Positions 45,192 through 54,289 of a DNA stretch of 64,000 nt are shown one piece after another. The notes under the pieces were generated by a model that worked only from the letters and a program-made list of their open reading frames with translations, ran no database searches and was not told where the DNA came from. The position numbers and the translations under genes are program-made. The stretch is from a virus. The DNA lies in IMG/VR virus record IMGVR_UViG_3300042516_003452, positions 20,493-84,492 of that record; one strand, given 5' to 3'. How positions within the stretch are numbered: position 1 is the first letter of the stretch; each line of letters begins with the position of its first letter.

Positions 45192-45372
45192 ATGCATCGA
45201 TGAAGAGGATGGCACCATGACCATCCACATCGAGTGGGATGAAAACGATCCTGAACTTGACTACTGGACTTCTCTAGGTCCAGAAGGTCAAGAAGAGTTT
45301 ATTCTTACTGCACTGCGGAACGCTTGTGCCGCTTACACTGACACCGAAGCTTTTGATTCTGATGTCGATTGA
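45154..45372 (+). CDS. Acidic hypothetical protein
   Basis: EEDGTMTIHIEWDENDPE. Confidence 0.55.
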   Translation: MLNLNWIEKLKVECIDEEDGTMTIHIEWDENDPELDYWTSLGPEGQEEFILTALRNACAAYTDTEAFDSDVD

Positions 45373-45763
45373 CACCTACGGTTTGACTTACGAGCAGTAC
45401 GCTGAGTTCTTTCATAAGAACGTACGGTTTGCTGCCAAGCTTTACCTTGACACTTGCAACATCTTGACTGGAGAAGGTGTTGGTAACGTTGACTTCAAGA
45501 CTGTCTTGGATATGTACCAGGAAGCTGTGTACACAGCCAATGACGACTGCCGGCGTTACCAACGCATTAACAACCCTGAAGCTTTGAAAGAAGCTACGGT
45601 TGAAATCTTTGGCATTACTCCCACCAGGGAAGAGCTGATGGAAGAAATTCAATCGGTTAATGCCAAGGTTGAAGCCCTGACTGATTACGTTTCCAACCTA
45701 GTGACTATCACTACAAGTGGATTGAATGGTGTTATTGAAACCCTTGATAACAAAGAGGGTTGA
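45362..45763 (+). CDS. Hypothetical protein
   Basis: MSIDTYGLTYEQY..., 133 aa. Confidence 0.6.
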   Translation: MSIDTYGLTYEQYAEFFHKNVRFAAKLYLDTCNILTGEGVGNVDFKTVLDMYQEAVYTANDDCRRYQRINNPEALKEATVEIFGITPTREELMEEIQSVNAKVEALTDYVSNLVTITTSGLNGVIETLDNKEG

Positions 45764-45805
45764 TTTGATTGCGGCCATTACAATAACTAAAGATTGGTTT
45801 GCGTA

Positions 45806-46012
45806 ATGGCCATTAAAACCTTTAAGAAAAAACTGCCTGTTCTTATTGAACGTTTTCTTATTCGAATCAAAGTTACTTACTTGATCTGGCGCGTCAGCAT
45901 GAGTAAGCGCAAGCCTACTCGTGTCGATGACTCCTACAAGGTGTACCTCACCCTGATCCATGGAGATGCTGCTGAACTCAAACAACCCTACGTACATCCG
46001 CGCTTGCATTAA
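45806..46012 (+). CDS. Basic hypothetical protein
   Basis: 68 aa ORF. Confidence 0.4.
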   Translation: MAIKTFKKKLPVLIERFLIRIKVTYLIWRVSMSKRKPTRVDDSYKVYLTLIHGDAAELKQPYVHPRLH

Positions 46013-46053
46013 TACTGAAACGCTGTAGCATACTGCTGTTTCTTATTTGATCC

Positions 46054-46689
46054 ATGGCATTCCAAAGCGTTTGGTACGAAACAGAACTACCAAGCGACAT
46101 TGTAAAAATTCTTGAAAGCGTTCTTGAAGAAAAGTATGACGAAGACCTAATCAAGTCTGTGGTTGGTGAAGGTGGTGGTGGTGTTGTCAATGAAAAAGTC
46201 CGCAAAGCAAAGAATGCATGGCTGCCATCTACCCACTGGATCAATGGTTTTGTCATGCACTTTGCAAACCTAGCCAACGTTCAAAACTTTCGTTATGAAC
46301 TAACTGGTCTTGATGGTCAGTCATCCCAGTACACCATCTACGACAAAGGTGAGTTTTACAACTGGCATGTTGATCAGGGTGTAAGCAGTTACTACAAACC
46401 AATCAGCAATCAAACCCACGGATATTCAGAAGAGATTGTTAAAGATCACTTCTATTCTCAGGCTGAGCTGGTGCGTAAGCTTTCGTTCTCTCTCCAACTT
46501 TCTGATGATGAGGACTACGAAGGTGGTGAACTCCAGATCATGGATGAAGCCGAAGGTCTTTATACAGTCCCCAAGAAACGTGGACTGTTGGTTTGTTTTG
46601 ATTCCAGGGCTCGTCACCGTGTTAACAAAGTAACCAAAGGCAGACGTAAATCATTGGTAGGCTGGATCGTTGGTCCCCGCTGGCGCTGA
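46054..46689 (+). CDS. 2OG-Fe(II) oxygenase (prolyl-4-hydroxylase/PKHD-like)
   Basis: FYNWHVD...RKLSFSLQLS..YEGGEL...HRVNKVTKGRRKSLVGW. Confidence 0.9.
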   Translation: MAFQSVWYETELPSDIVKILESVLEEKYDEDLIKSVVGEGGGGVVNEKVRKAKNAWLPSTHWINGFVMHFANLANVQNFRYELTGLDGQSSQYTIYDKGEFYNWHVDQGVSSYYKPISNQTHGYSEEIVKDHFYSQAELVRKLSFSLQLSDDEDYEGGELQIMDEAEGLYTVPKKRGLLVCFDSRARHRVNKVTKGRRKSLVGWIVGPRWR

Positions 46690-46730
46690 TTCTCTGGTAC
46701 ACTGACTCTGCATAAACCTTGCAGGGTCGC

Positions 46731-46758
46731 TGTCCTGGTCACGACATTAAACTGACCA
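46731..46758 (+). ncRNA. H-type pseudoknot, copy 6
   Basis: TGTC-CTGGTCAC-GACA-TTAAAC-TGACCA. Confidence 0.75.
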
Positions 46759-46779
46759 CCAATCCAACTCATTCCATCC

Positions 46780-46896
46780 ATGTTCGAATCCTTGTTTGCC
46801 GCCGTACTTCCGGTGATGAAAGATCTTCTGTGGGCAGCGGCAGGCATGCTGCTGACCTATTGCATCAACAAACTTCAATCCCAATTCAACTTCTGA
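46780..46896 (+). CDS. Small hydrophobic peptide (38 aa)
   Basis: Hand translation: MFESLFAAVLPVMKDLLWAAAGMLLTYCINKLQSQFNF. Confidence 0.5.
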   Translation: MFESLFAAVLPVMKDLLWAAAGMLLTYCINKLQSQFNF

Positions 46897-46898
46897 TC

Positions 46899-47612
46899 AT
46901 GTCCCAAATCACTCAAGTTAAACTAAAGGACCTCAACGTCCTCAAGCTCTACGAGCATTATGCTGCTCTCGAAAAGTCTCTGCCTCTTCTCACTCCTGAA
47001 TCCCGCCAACTGGCAGAAGCTGAGCTGGAAGCATGCGCTCACCTGCGTTCAGAAAAGGTGGACCGCATCTACTACGCCATGGCTGCGCATGAAGATGCCC
47101 TGGAGCGGATCAAGAAAGAAGGGGATCTAATCACCCAGGCCAAGCGGCATCACGAATCCCAACTCCGCTCGCTCAAAAACTTGCTAAGTTACCTGCGTCG
47201 TGTCCTACCCCAGGACTCGAACAAGATCACCGGTCGTAATTACCAGTTCACCCTTGTTAAAAAGAAGGAACTCACAGTCGAAATCTCCACGGACCCGGAG
47301 TTTTGGCACACTAAAGAAAGAGAACTTTATTGCATTACAGAAGAAATCACCACAACCAAACGAGTCGTGTTACGTTCAATGTCAGGAGAAATCCTTGACG
47401 AAAGGATCGAACCCAAAACAACAACTAAAATCGTCCCTAACCTCGATGCCATCCGCAGCGCCTATCAAAGTGGTCAAAAACTACCAGACGGAATCAAAGT
47501 ACAACAAGACTACGCCGTACGCTCAGCCCGAATCTTTGACAAGTCAGGAGTGGACTTGGCTCCATCCGAATATCCAGGAGAGCTTTTACCAGAAGCTGGC
47601 AGCGCCGACTGA
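46899..47612 (+). CDS. Siphovirus Gp157-like coiled-coil protein
   Basis: KVDRIYYAM...IKKEGDLITQAKRHHESQLRSLKNLL...PNLDAIRSAYQSGQKLPDGI. Confidence 0.65.
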   Translation: MSQITQVKLKDLNVLKLYEHYAALEKSLPLLTPESRQLAEAELEACAHLRSEKVDRIYYAMAAHEDALERIKKEGDLITQAKRHHESQLRSLKNLLSYLRRVLPQDSNKITGRNYQFTLVKKKELTVEISTDPEFWHTKERELYCITEEITTTKRVVLRSMSGEILDERIEPKTTTKIVPNLDAIRSAYQSGQKLPDGIKVQQDYAVRSARIFDKSGVDLAPSEYPGELLPEAGSAD

Positions 47613-47859
47613 CGGTGATGACGCACGCATTAAGATGAGTTGCCATGAGCATGCACTCAAAGACTTTGATCTCCAGCTGGAGATGAATGGTCTAGAGATG
47701 GACATGCTCACTGATGGTGACGACATTCCTCCCTACAACGAATCCAAGTACGACGACCTAGAGCAAAAGAAACTACGTCTTCTAACTGGTAAACGTTTCC
47801 ATCAGAACGCTGCCAATGCTTATTGGTACTGGATTCAACGGGAAAAATCTGGTAAATAA
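47536..47859 (+). CDS. Hypothetical protein (start uncertain)
   Basis: WLHPNIQESFYQKL...; TTG 47536 or ATG 47635. Confidence 0.45.
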   Translation: MTSQEWTWLHPNIQESFYQKLAAPTDGDDARIKMSCHEHALKDFDLQLEMNGLEMDMLTDGDDIPPYNESKYDDLEQKKLRLLTGKRFHQNAANAYWYWIQREKSGK

Positions 47860-47893
47860 ACTGCAATACAATAAGTAGATACGCAGGAGTTTC

Positions 47894-48157
47894 ATGGGCG
47901 GCGATCCAGTTCTCAATAAGTTGATTGCTGGGTTTACTAGCGATGGAACTCCTTTATCAGCCACTATTGGTTCGAAGATGGAACATGGCGTCGTCATCTT
48001 GACGGCGTCCATGCTTGCCAATGAAAACCTTGCATCTTCTATGGATGCAGAAGAAATGGTTGATGCTGCAATCAACTACTACAACCTGATTCAAGAGCGG
48101 CTTGGTTACTACCAGCAGCATCAGGCTCATTCGTTGGAACGACTGTTAGGACAATGA
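47894..48157 (+). CDS. Hypothetical protein
   Basis: 87 aa, AGGAG SD. Confidence 0.65.
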   Translation: MGGDPVLNKLIAGFTSDGTPLSATIGSKMEHGVVILTASMLANENLASSMDAEEMVDAAINYYNLIQERLGYYQQHQAHSLERLLGQ

Positions 48158-48549
48158 GTTTTGCTAAAAGATATCTAGAACAATACAATGCAGACACTGC
48201 GTGGAATTCGTTGCGTGGTGGGACTGGTGCTTATGACTACAGCAGCATGCCCGAGTACATCAATACATTCCGTACTATTTATAGCGCAGGTCAAAAACCC
48301 AAGCAGTTTGCAAAGGGTGTTGAAGACATGTCAGGTATTGTTTACGGTTTTCTTGGAAACGCTAGAAAGAATCGAGGCAAGGCTGCGCAGTTTGCTAATG
48401 CATATGATGTTGATTCATTAATGAACAGCGTAGCCACCGGTGGTGGTTTAGAAAGTATTAACAACCTGCCGCAACAACTATTTAAAAATACACTAGCTGG
48501 CAAGTACTCAGGTAACTTCCCCACCTTTGGTGTCAATAGTTTTATCTAA
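48154..48549 (+). CDS. Hypothetical protein
   Basis: 131 aa, ATGA coupling. Confidence 0.55.
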   Translation: MSFAKRYLEQYNADTAWNSLRGGTGAYDYSSMPEYINTFRTIYSAGQKPKQFAKGVEDMSGIVYGFLGNARKNRGKAAQFANAYDVDSLMNSVATGGGLESINNLPQQLFKNTLAGKYSGNFPTFGVNSFI

Positions 48550-48584
48550 ATACTGCTAAAGTTTGTAAGCCATACACATAACGG

Positions 48585-48782
48585 ATGGAACCGGTTCCAG
48601 TGCCTAAATTAACCGTGTCATTTGCGGTTGATCTTGAGGTAGAGTACAACTCCTTTGGCGGCAAAACTGCAGACGAAATTGCAGTGGCGCTCCAGGATGA
48701 CCTAGACGATTTATTGTTTGAGGTCAGTCCTTTTGTCAAAGGCGTATTCACATCCTGTACATCGGTTGCATTCAATGACTGA
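48585..48782 (+). CDS. Hypothetical protein
   Basis: 65 aa ORF. Confidence 0.55.
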   Translation: MEPVPVPKLTVSFAVDLEVEYNSFGGKTADEIAVALQDDLDDLLFEVSPFVKGVFTSCTSVAFND

Positions 48783-49050
48783 CGATCTCGCCAAAAAGCT
48801 CAGAACAGCAGGTGCCTTTGATACTCCTTGGTTAAAGGAGCAGCTCCAGAACTGGAACGTATCCAGTGAGCAACGCAAAGCTGATTTCATGGAGCATATG
48901 TACAAATGCTCTGGTCGTACTAATGGTCTGTACACCGGACTGTGGCAAGACTTCTGCGTCCGTGAGGCTGGCCCTATCATGCGTGATCGGTTCTTTGAGA
49001 TGATGGAAGCTGTCCGTCTGTATGAAGAAGGACAACTACAGCCTGCATAA
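48775..49050 (+). CDS. Hypothetical protein
   Basis: RKADFMEHMY...GLYTGLWQ. Confidence 0.6.
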   Translation: MTDDLAKKLRTAGAFDTPWLKEQLQNWNVSSEQRKADFMEHMYKCSGRTNGLYTGLWQDFCVREAGPIMRDRFFEMMEAVRLYEEGQLQPA

Positions 49051-49114
49051 AAGGTTTAAAATAAACTGACAAAACTTGAAGGACGTGCCATTTTATGGTG
49101 CGTCCTTTATTTAC

Positions 49115-49471
49115 ATGGAACATCCTCACGAACCCATTGATGCCATTAACAGCTGGCAAGAGTGGTACAAAAACAATCGCGTTGTCGCATCCTTGAACAA
49201 ACCCTTGGAAAGCAAAGACAGCCGTGAAGAACTACATGACACATCCAAAGCAATTGATTCATGGCTCCAAACATGTACCTATGACGCAATGAAACAAGCA
49301 ACTGATCACTTTGGTGACACCATTGTTGAAGCGTCTGCAACCCTCTCGGCTGATGAGATTTACTCTTGCTTGCTCCAGGCGGTGCAAGAAAATTATGACC
49401 ACACCAAAAAAGAATTTGACAATGCAGCTCGACTCCTTGAACTAATCAAGAACGATGCCAAAACTAACTGA
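49115..49471 (+). CDS. Hypothetical protein
   Basis: MEHPHEPIDAINSW... Confidence 0.55.
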   Translation: MEHPHEPIDAINSWQEWYKNNRVVASLNKPLESKDSREELHDTSKAIDSWLQTCTYDAMKQATDHFGDTIVEASATLSADEIYSCLLQAVQENYDHTKKEFDNAARLLELIKNDAKTN

Positions 49472-49688
49472 CGACTACCCCACTTGGATCTGCGATGACT
49501 GTGGAACCACGTATGGAAATTGGTACAAGCACGGGTACTACATTGGCCCGCCTCATCGCTGTAGTACTTATCACAACGGAACTTGTGATATTTGTAAAAC
49601 TACTGGCGTTGCTGTAACGGAGCCACGGGACTACGGACATCTCCGTGCAAAGTGGAGGACTGAGATAATAAAGAAAACAGGTCCTTAA
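49455..49688 (+). CDS. Small zinc-binding protein
   Basis: WICDDCG...STYHNGTCDIC...VTEPRDYG. Confidence 0.6.
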   Translation: MPKLTDDYPTWICDDCGTTYGNWYKHGYYIGPPHRCSTYHNGTCDICKTTGVAVTEPRDYGHLRAKWRTEIIKKTGP

Positions 49689-49691
49689 GTC

Positions 49692-51011
49692 ATGCCAGTT
49701 TATAGAGAAGTAGGTGCATCTACGCTGTATGAAGTTGTTAAGGTCCAGACCTGTAGTGGTCAGCCCTTAGAAGTTACAACGGCTAGTGGCAATACAGTTT
49801 ATGTGCAACCTGCAACTACAGCGGGTGATGCATTTGGGCGGCTCCGTACTTCAAGCCCATTAACGCTTTTTGATTCCAGTCATCGTTATGATGACAATGG
49901 ACTATGGGCTACCTCTACTGGAACAGGTGGAACCTATGTGTTCAGTAGCGGTGAAGGCTTGATGAATCTAAATGTAACTACCGCATCAGGTGCGCAGGTC
50001 CTAAGGGAAACCACCAAGGTGTGTTCATATCAGCCAGGGAAATCCCTGCAGATTATGAATACTTTTGTTATGGCTTCTGGTAAAACTAACCTAAGGCAGC
50101 GGGTTGGTTACTACGGAACAGACAACGGTATTTATGTTGAAGTAAGTGGGACTAGTGTTCCTTCTTTTGTTGAACGAAATTCTGTGTCAGGCACTGTTGC
50201 TGAAACACGCGTTCCTCAAACCGAATGGAACATTGACAAACTGGATGGTAATGGTCCTTCTGGTTTCACGCTTGACATCACAAAAGCTCAAATCCATTGG
50301 ATTGATGTGGAATGGCTGGGCCTTGGTACGGTACGTACTGGGTTTGTACTCAACGGACAACTGGTGCATTGCCATTCGTTCCACCACGCAAACTTAATTG
50401 CATCCACTTACATGACAACGGCATCATTGCCGGTGCGTTATGAAATTACAAACCTTGGAACAACAGCAAGCAGCAGCACACTAAAACAAGTTTGTACAAC
50501 CGTTCTTTCGGAAGGTGGTTATGAGCTACGTGGCGCACAATCTTCCGTTGGTACACCCATTGCTTCTCCGCGTGATCTAGCAAACATCTCAACAGATTAT
50601 CCAGTTGTTTCCATCCGCCTTAAGTCAACTCGCCTTGATGCAGTCGTTATCTTGACTGCTATTTCATTGATGGGGATTACCAATAACTCCAACTACAACT
50701 GGAAGGTCATTGTTGGTGGTACAACCAATGGTGGATCATGGACTGAATTAAGTACTGATTCTTCTGTCGAATACAACATCACTGGCACGTCTTACACTCA
50801 AGGAACAGGGCGTGTCTTGGCTGGTGGTTTTGCCACAGGTTCCAACCAGGGGTCAACTGTAATTGACATCTTGAAAGAAGCTTTGTTTAAATTCCAGCTG
50901 GAACGAAATAGTTTTACTGGTGTTGCCACGGAATTAACCTTGGTATGCAGCAGTGCTCAATCTGGGTCTGATGTACTGGCTTCCTTGGACTGGGAAGAAA
51001 TTAGCCGCTGA
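49692..51011 (+). CDS. Putative virion structural protein (lectin/beta-sandwich-like)
   Basis: GDAFGRLRTSSPLTLFDS...YQPGKS...EWLGLGTVR...WEE; T/S/G-rich. Confidence 0.6.
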   Translation: MPVYREVGASTLYEVVKVQTCSGQPLEVTTASGNTVYVQPATTAGDAFGRLRTSSPLTLFDSSHRYDDNGLWATSTGTGGTYVFSSGEGLMNLNVTTASGAQVLRETTKVCSYQPGKSLQIMNTFVMASGKTNLRQRVGYYGTDNGIYVEVSGTSVPSFVERNSVSGTVAETRVPQTEWNIDKLDGNGPSGFTLDITKAQIHWIDVEWLGLGTVRTGFVLNGQLVHCHSFHHANLIASTYMTTASLPVRYEITNLGTTASSSTLKQVCTTVLSEGGYELRGAQSSVGTPIASPRDLANISTDYPVVSIRLKSTRLDAVVILTAISLMGITNNSNYNWKVIVGGTTNGGSWTELSTDSSVEYNITGTSYTQGTGRVLAGGFATGSNQGSTVIDILKEALFKFQLERNSFTGVATELTLVCSSAQSGSDVLASLDWEEISR

Positions 51012-51037
51012 TAAACTAGAACTACTGAGAAAACACC

Positions 51038-51580
51038 ATGTATACTCCTGGCCCCCAAGCAGAGCCTGCACCCGTTGCACAGGTTGCTCCTCAACCACAG
51101 GACAAACCTAAAGCTCCTGGTAAATCAAAGAATGGTGATGTCGGGGCCTTTATCCAGCAGTGCATCTCCCTGTGTTCCTACCTCAAGGAACTTCAGACAC
51201 AATCCCATCTCATTCACCTGAACTACGAGGGGGCTAACTTCCTCGGGGTGCATGCCTTCCTTGGAGATCAATACGAGGCTCATCAAACTCAATTCGATAC
51301 GCTTGCTGAATTCATCAGGTCGATGGACTACCTGATGCCGATGTGCGCCAGGGGATTGGCAGATGCTGGCCCTGGCATCCAGCACGTTACCAGCTACAAG
51401 GGTACCGATCAACTGGCGACGTACTACAAAAACCTGGAAGAGCTGGGCATGAAGACCAAAAAACTGGAGCCCGTTGCTGCCAAGGTAGGTGCCATTGATA
51501 TTCAGAACTACATGGCTGAGTTGTGTGGTCAAGCCTTTAAGGCTGCTTGGTTTGTTAAGGCTACACTGCGGAATGGTTGA
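51038..51580 (+). CDS. Dps/ferritin-like protein
   Basis: HLIHLNYEGANFLGVHAFLGDQYE...DTLAEFIR, ferroxidase-type residues. Confidence 0.75.
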   Translation: MYTPGPQAEPAPVAQVAPQPQDKPKAPGKSKNGDVGAFIQQCISLCSYLKELQTQSHLIHLNYEGANFLGVHAFLGDQYEAHQTQFDTLAEFIRSMDYLMPMCARGLADAGPGIQHVTSYKGTDQLATYYKNLEELGMKTKKLEPVAAKVGAIDIQNYMAELCGQAFKAAWFVKATLRNG

Positions 51581-52455
51581 TGCCAAACGTATTCCAAAAC
51601 TTCCTTAACCAAGTAACTTCTGGTTATAAAGAAGCAGATAAACGTTTGGGTGGGTGGTTGCCAGGTGGTGGTACTGCTTCTCCTTTGACGCGTGCAAAAC
51701 AAAAAGGAGAACAAAAACTTGCTGGCCGTATTGCTGCTCAACAGATGCCGCAATATCCTGGTCAACCAGGGCGATTTGCAAGTCAGGGTCAGTTGTTAAA
51801 TGCTGTACGTGCAACAACAGAAGCAGGTTCTAATCCTTTTTCTCTTTTAATGTCAGATCCAACGGAAACAAAACGTGTTGCAGAATACTACCAACAGAAC
51901 CCAAGCTTGCAAAATCAATATGATTTAAGTACAAACATGTTCTTGCGCTACCTTTCAGGTACTGGTTCAAAAGGATTAGAAATAGCTCCAGATGTTGGTA
52001 AACAGATTTATGCGGATATTCAACAACAAGAAAGAAAATTTGCATCTTCTCCATACCGCGAATCAATAATAAGCGCTAGAACAGGTCCCGCCTCAATTTC
52101 TTATATAAAAGAAAATCTTTTGCAAGGCAATACACCTGTTTATTATGGAGGTCTTTCAGATGCAGTTGCTCCACACAAAGCGCAACTTCCATTTGATGTA
52201 GGTCAGCGTTGGCAACTTCAGAACTCCTTGGGTAGTTTTTGGGCAAAGCCAACAGACACTGGTTACGCCATTGATGATCGTTATAACTTTGTCTATGCTC
52301 CTGCATCAAAAGAAGGCAAAGGCAAGTTGTCTGAATTTAAAATGATTCCCGGAAATATTGCTGACATTGGAAGAAATCTTGTAAGGTCTGGTTACGGAAC
52401 TCCTTATGCAACTAATTTAGAAATTAATCCACAGGGTCAAGTAACTATTCGTTAA
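51577..52455 (+). CDS. Hypothetical protein
   Basis: 292 aa ORF. Confidence 0.6.
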   Translation: MMPNVFQNFLNQVTSGYKEADKRLGGWLPGGGTASPLTRAKQKGEQKLAGRIAAQQMPQYPGQPGRFASQGQLLNAVRATTEAGSNPFSLLMSDPTETKRVAEYYQQNPSLQNQYDLSTNMFLRYLSGTGSKGLEIAPDVGKQIYADIQQQERKFASSPYRESIISARTGPASISYIKENLLQGNTPVYYGGLSDAVAPHKAQLPFDVGQRWQLQNSLGSFWAKPTDTGYAIDDRYNFVYAPASKEGKGKLSEFKMIPGNIADIGRNLVRSGYGTPYATNLEINPQGQVTIR

Positions 52456-52644
52456 ATGGAATCAAAACCAGCATGCACCATCGAGTTGAACATCAATGCT
52501 CTCCGCATGCTGTACAACATCATTAAAGAAGCACACGAAAAATATCCCCCTGACAAAACGGATACACCGGAGATGGAGATGTTGACTCACATGAAGTCAA
52601 AGCTGTATGCCTGCATGATGGAGTATTTGTTTCAAGAGAACTAA
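52456..52644 (+). CDS. Hypothetical protein
   Basis: 62 aa ORF. Confidence 0.55.
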   Translation: MESKPACTIELNINALRMLYNIIKEAHEKYPPDKTDTPEMEMLTHMKSKLYACMMEYLFQEN

Positions 52645-52900
52645 CTTTTTGTTCCCAGTGTTCTAGGCGGTGGCAGTTGCAGCATAACGGAATACATTTG
52701 TTAATTTCCTCCTCAACCCGCTTCCAGGCGTAGCCATGGTTCACCATACTGGAGATGTTGTTATCCTTATCTCCTACGTGGTGAAACTCTAGAACACGGT
52801 GATCATCCAACCCACACTTCTTGCATTGCAAAGTCTGCTTGTACTCCAGCAGCTTCTTTCGATTCTTATTGATACGTTCCTTGGATTGACTCCAGGGCAT
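52523..52900 (-). CDS. HNH endonuclease
   Basis: CKKCG...LEFHH...EEINKCIPLCCNCHRLEH. Confidence 0.85.
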   Translation of the reverse strand: MPWSQSKERINKNRKKLLEYKQTLQCKKCGLDDHRVLEFHHVGDKDNNISSMVNHGYAWKRVEEEINKCIPLCCNCHRLEHWEQKVSSLETNTPSCRHTALTSCESTSPSPVYPFCQGDIFRVLL

Positions 52901-52953
52901 GCATAACTTTTATTCGTTTAATTAATATACGCCATTTATTGAGGTCGTTGATA

Positions 52954-53025
52954 TCGGAGATGTAGGGATCGAACCTACGACCCTCTGCTCCCAAAGCAGA
53001 TGCGCTACCGCTGCGCTAATCCCCG
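52954..53025 (-). tRNA. tRNA-Pro (anticodon TGG), CCA not encoded
   Basis: CGGGGAT...TCTGC-TTTGGGA-GCAGA...GGTTCGATCCC...ATCTCCG-A cloverleaf. Confidence 0.93.
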
Positions 53026-53103
53026 TAAAGTAGAGGCCTCTTTCCAGACTGTCTGCCTGGCGAGTACCTCATGAGCCCCATCGGAAAGAGAGGGGGAACT
53101 CCA

Positions 53104-53655
53104 TTATTCTACAGTTTCATTTGGAGTTTTCCAAAAGTAATCATCACATTCACCAAGGCGACCCCATTTTTCTTCCCGATAATCAATATCCTTATTCAAA
53201 AAATCAATAGCATTCTTTAATGTTTGAAGATTATCTTTTGCATGTCCAAGCATTGTGTTGCAACTGTGACACAAGAGTCCCCTGACTTTGCCTGTTTCGT
53301 GACAATGATCTACGCAAAATGTTTTCTTTGGGCTAGGACTGTTTGTTTTACAGATAGCGCAACAACCTTTTTGAAAATCAAGAATTTGATTGTATCTGCC
53401 TTTCGGTAGTCCATATGAACGCAGGCGATCAAGATCGTTAGCGTGTTCTAGATTGTTTTTGCGCCATCTATTGTAATTTTCTTGATGGCGCTTTTTGTTC
53501 TTTCTTGCCCATTCCCGACTGTACTCATTTGTACAAGCACGGCACCAACTATTCAATCCATCTTTGTTTTTCTTTGCTTTGTTAAAAGCGTCTCTAGATT
53601 TAATCGCTAGGCATTTGGTGCATTTTTTCGTTGGGAGTTTGCCAGAAATAGTCAT
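53104..53655 (-). mobile_element. Free-standing endonuclease VII-family homing endonuclease gene
   Basis: KKCTKC...WCRAC; QKGCCAIC...VDHCHETGKVRGLLCHSCNTMLG; AT-rich; both ends carry a copy of the neighbour's 3' coding segment. Confidence 0.85.
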
Positions 53656-54289
53656 CGCACTCGCCTAAGCGCCCCCATTTTAACGTTCTTTCGGAGTCAA
53701 AGTATCGAGTTGATACCTTAAAGTCTGGCGTTTTCAGCTCATTGTTGGTGAGCGATGGATCAACCATTCGACAACGATTGTTGGGATAAGCGCCAATTTG
53801 ACCGTTGTCCAAAGCCACAATGTTGTGGGACTTATGCTCGTCAGGAAATTCCGCAAAGTAAAAATCTGGTTCGTTCCTGTGAGGATGGTAGTTGTCAACC
53901 GTAAATAAGTATGTGCCCTTCATTACACCAGCACTACGTGTCATAACTTGAAATTCCATGTTGAAGATCAAGTTCTTCTCAATGACCGTAAGCCCGTGAT
54001 CGAACCCATTCCAGAACTGCAGGTCAGTTAGCTCCAGGTCAGGGGTGGGTACTTGAGGTTTGTCAGGGTAATCCGGATCCCAAGCAAGGAATGCACTGAT
54101 GGGAAGCTTGTCGTAAAGAGCGCCATACTCAGTAAGGTACGTCTCAAAATATAAAGCTCGCCCTGTTAAAGACTTACATGTAACCCAGTAGCCAGGGGTG
54201 TACTCACCATGACCATCTCTCAGGTCACGCAGGTATTCGCGCCGTACCCAAACTTTGACTGGCGGTACATTGGCTACAAGAGTTGTCAC
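53600..54289 (-). CDS. Conserved phage hypothetical protein (apparent homing endonuclease target)
   Basis: 229 aa; WVRREYLRD...GALYDKLPISAF...EHKSHN...AYPNNR. Confidence 0.75.
   Translation of the reverse strand: MTTLVANVPPVKVWVRREYLRDLRDGHGEYTPGYWVTCKSLTGRALYFETYLTEYGALYDKLPISAFLAWDPDYPDKPQVPTPDLELTDLQFWNGFDHGLTVIEKNLIFNMEFQVMTRSAGVMKGTYLFTVDNYHPHRNEPDFYFAEFPDEHKSHNIVALDNGQIGAYPNNRCRMVDPSLTNNELKTPDFKVSTRYFDSERTLKWGRLGECDDYFWQTPNEKMHQMPSD

Noticed and set aside
53030-53103. Hammerhead ribozyme (CTCATGAG...GAAA)
   Set aside because: The core reads CUCAUGA rather than CUGAUGA, and the three stems cannot be arranged correctly.
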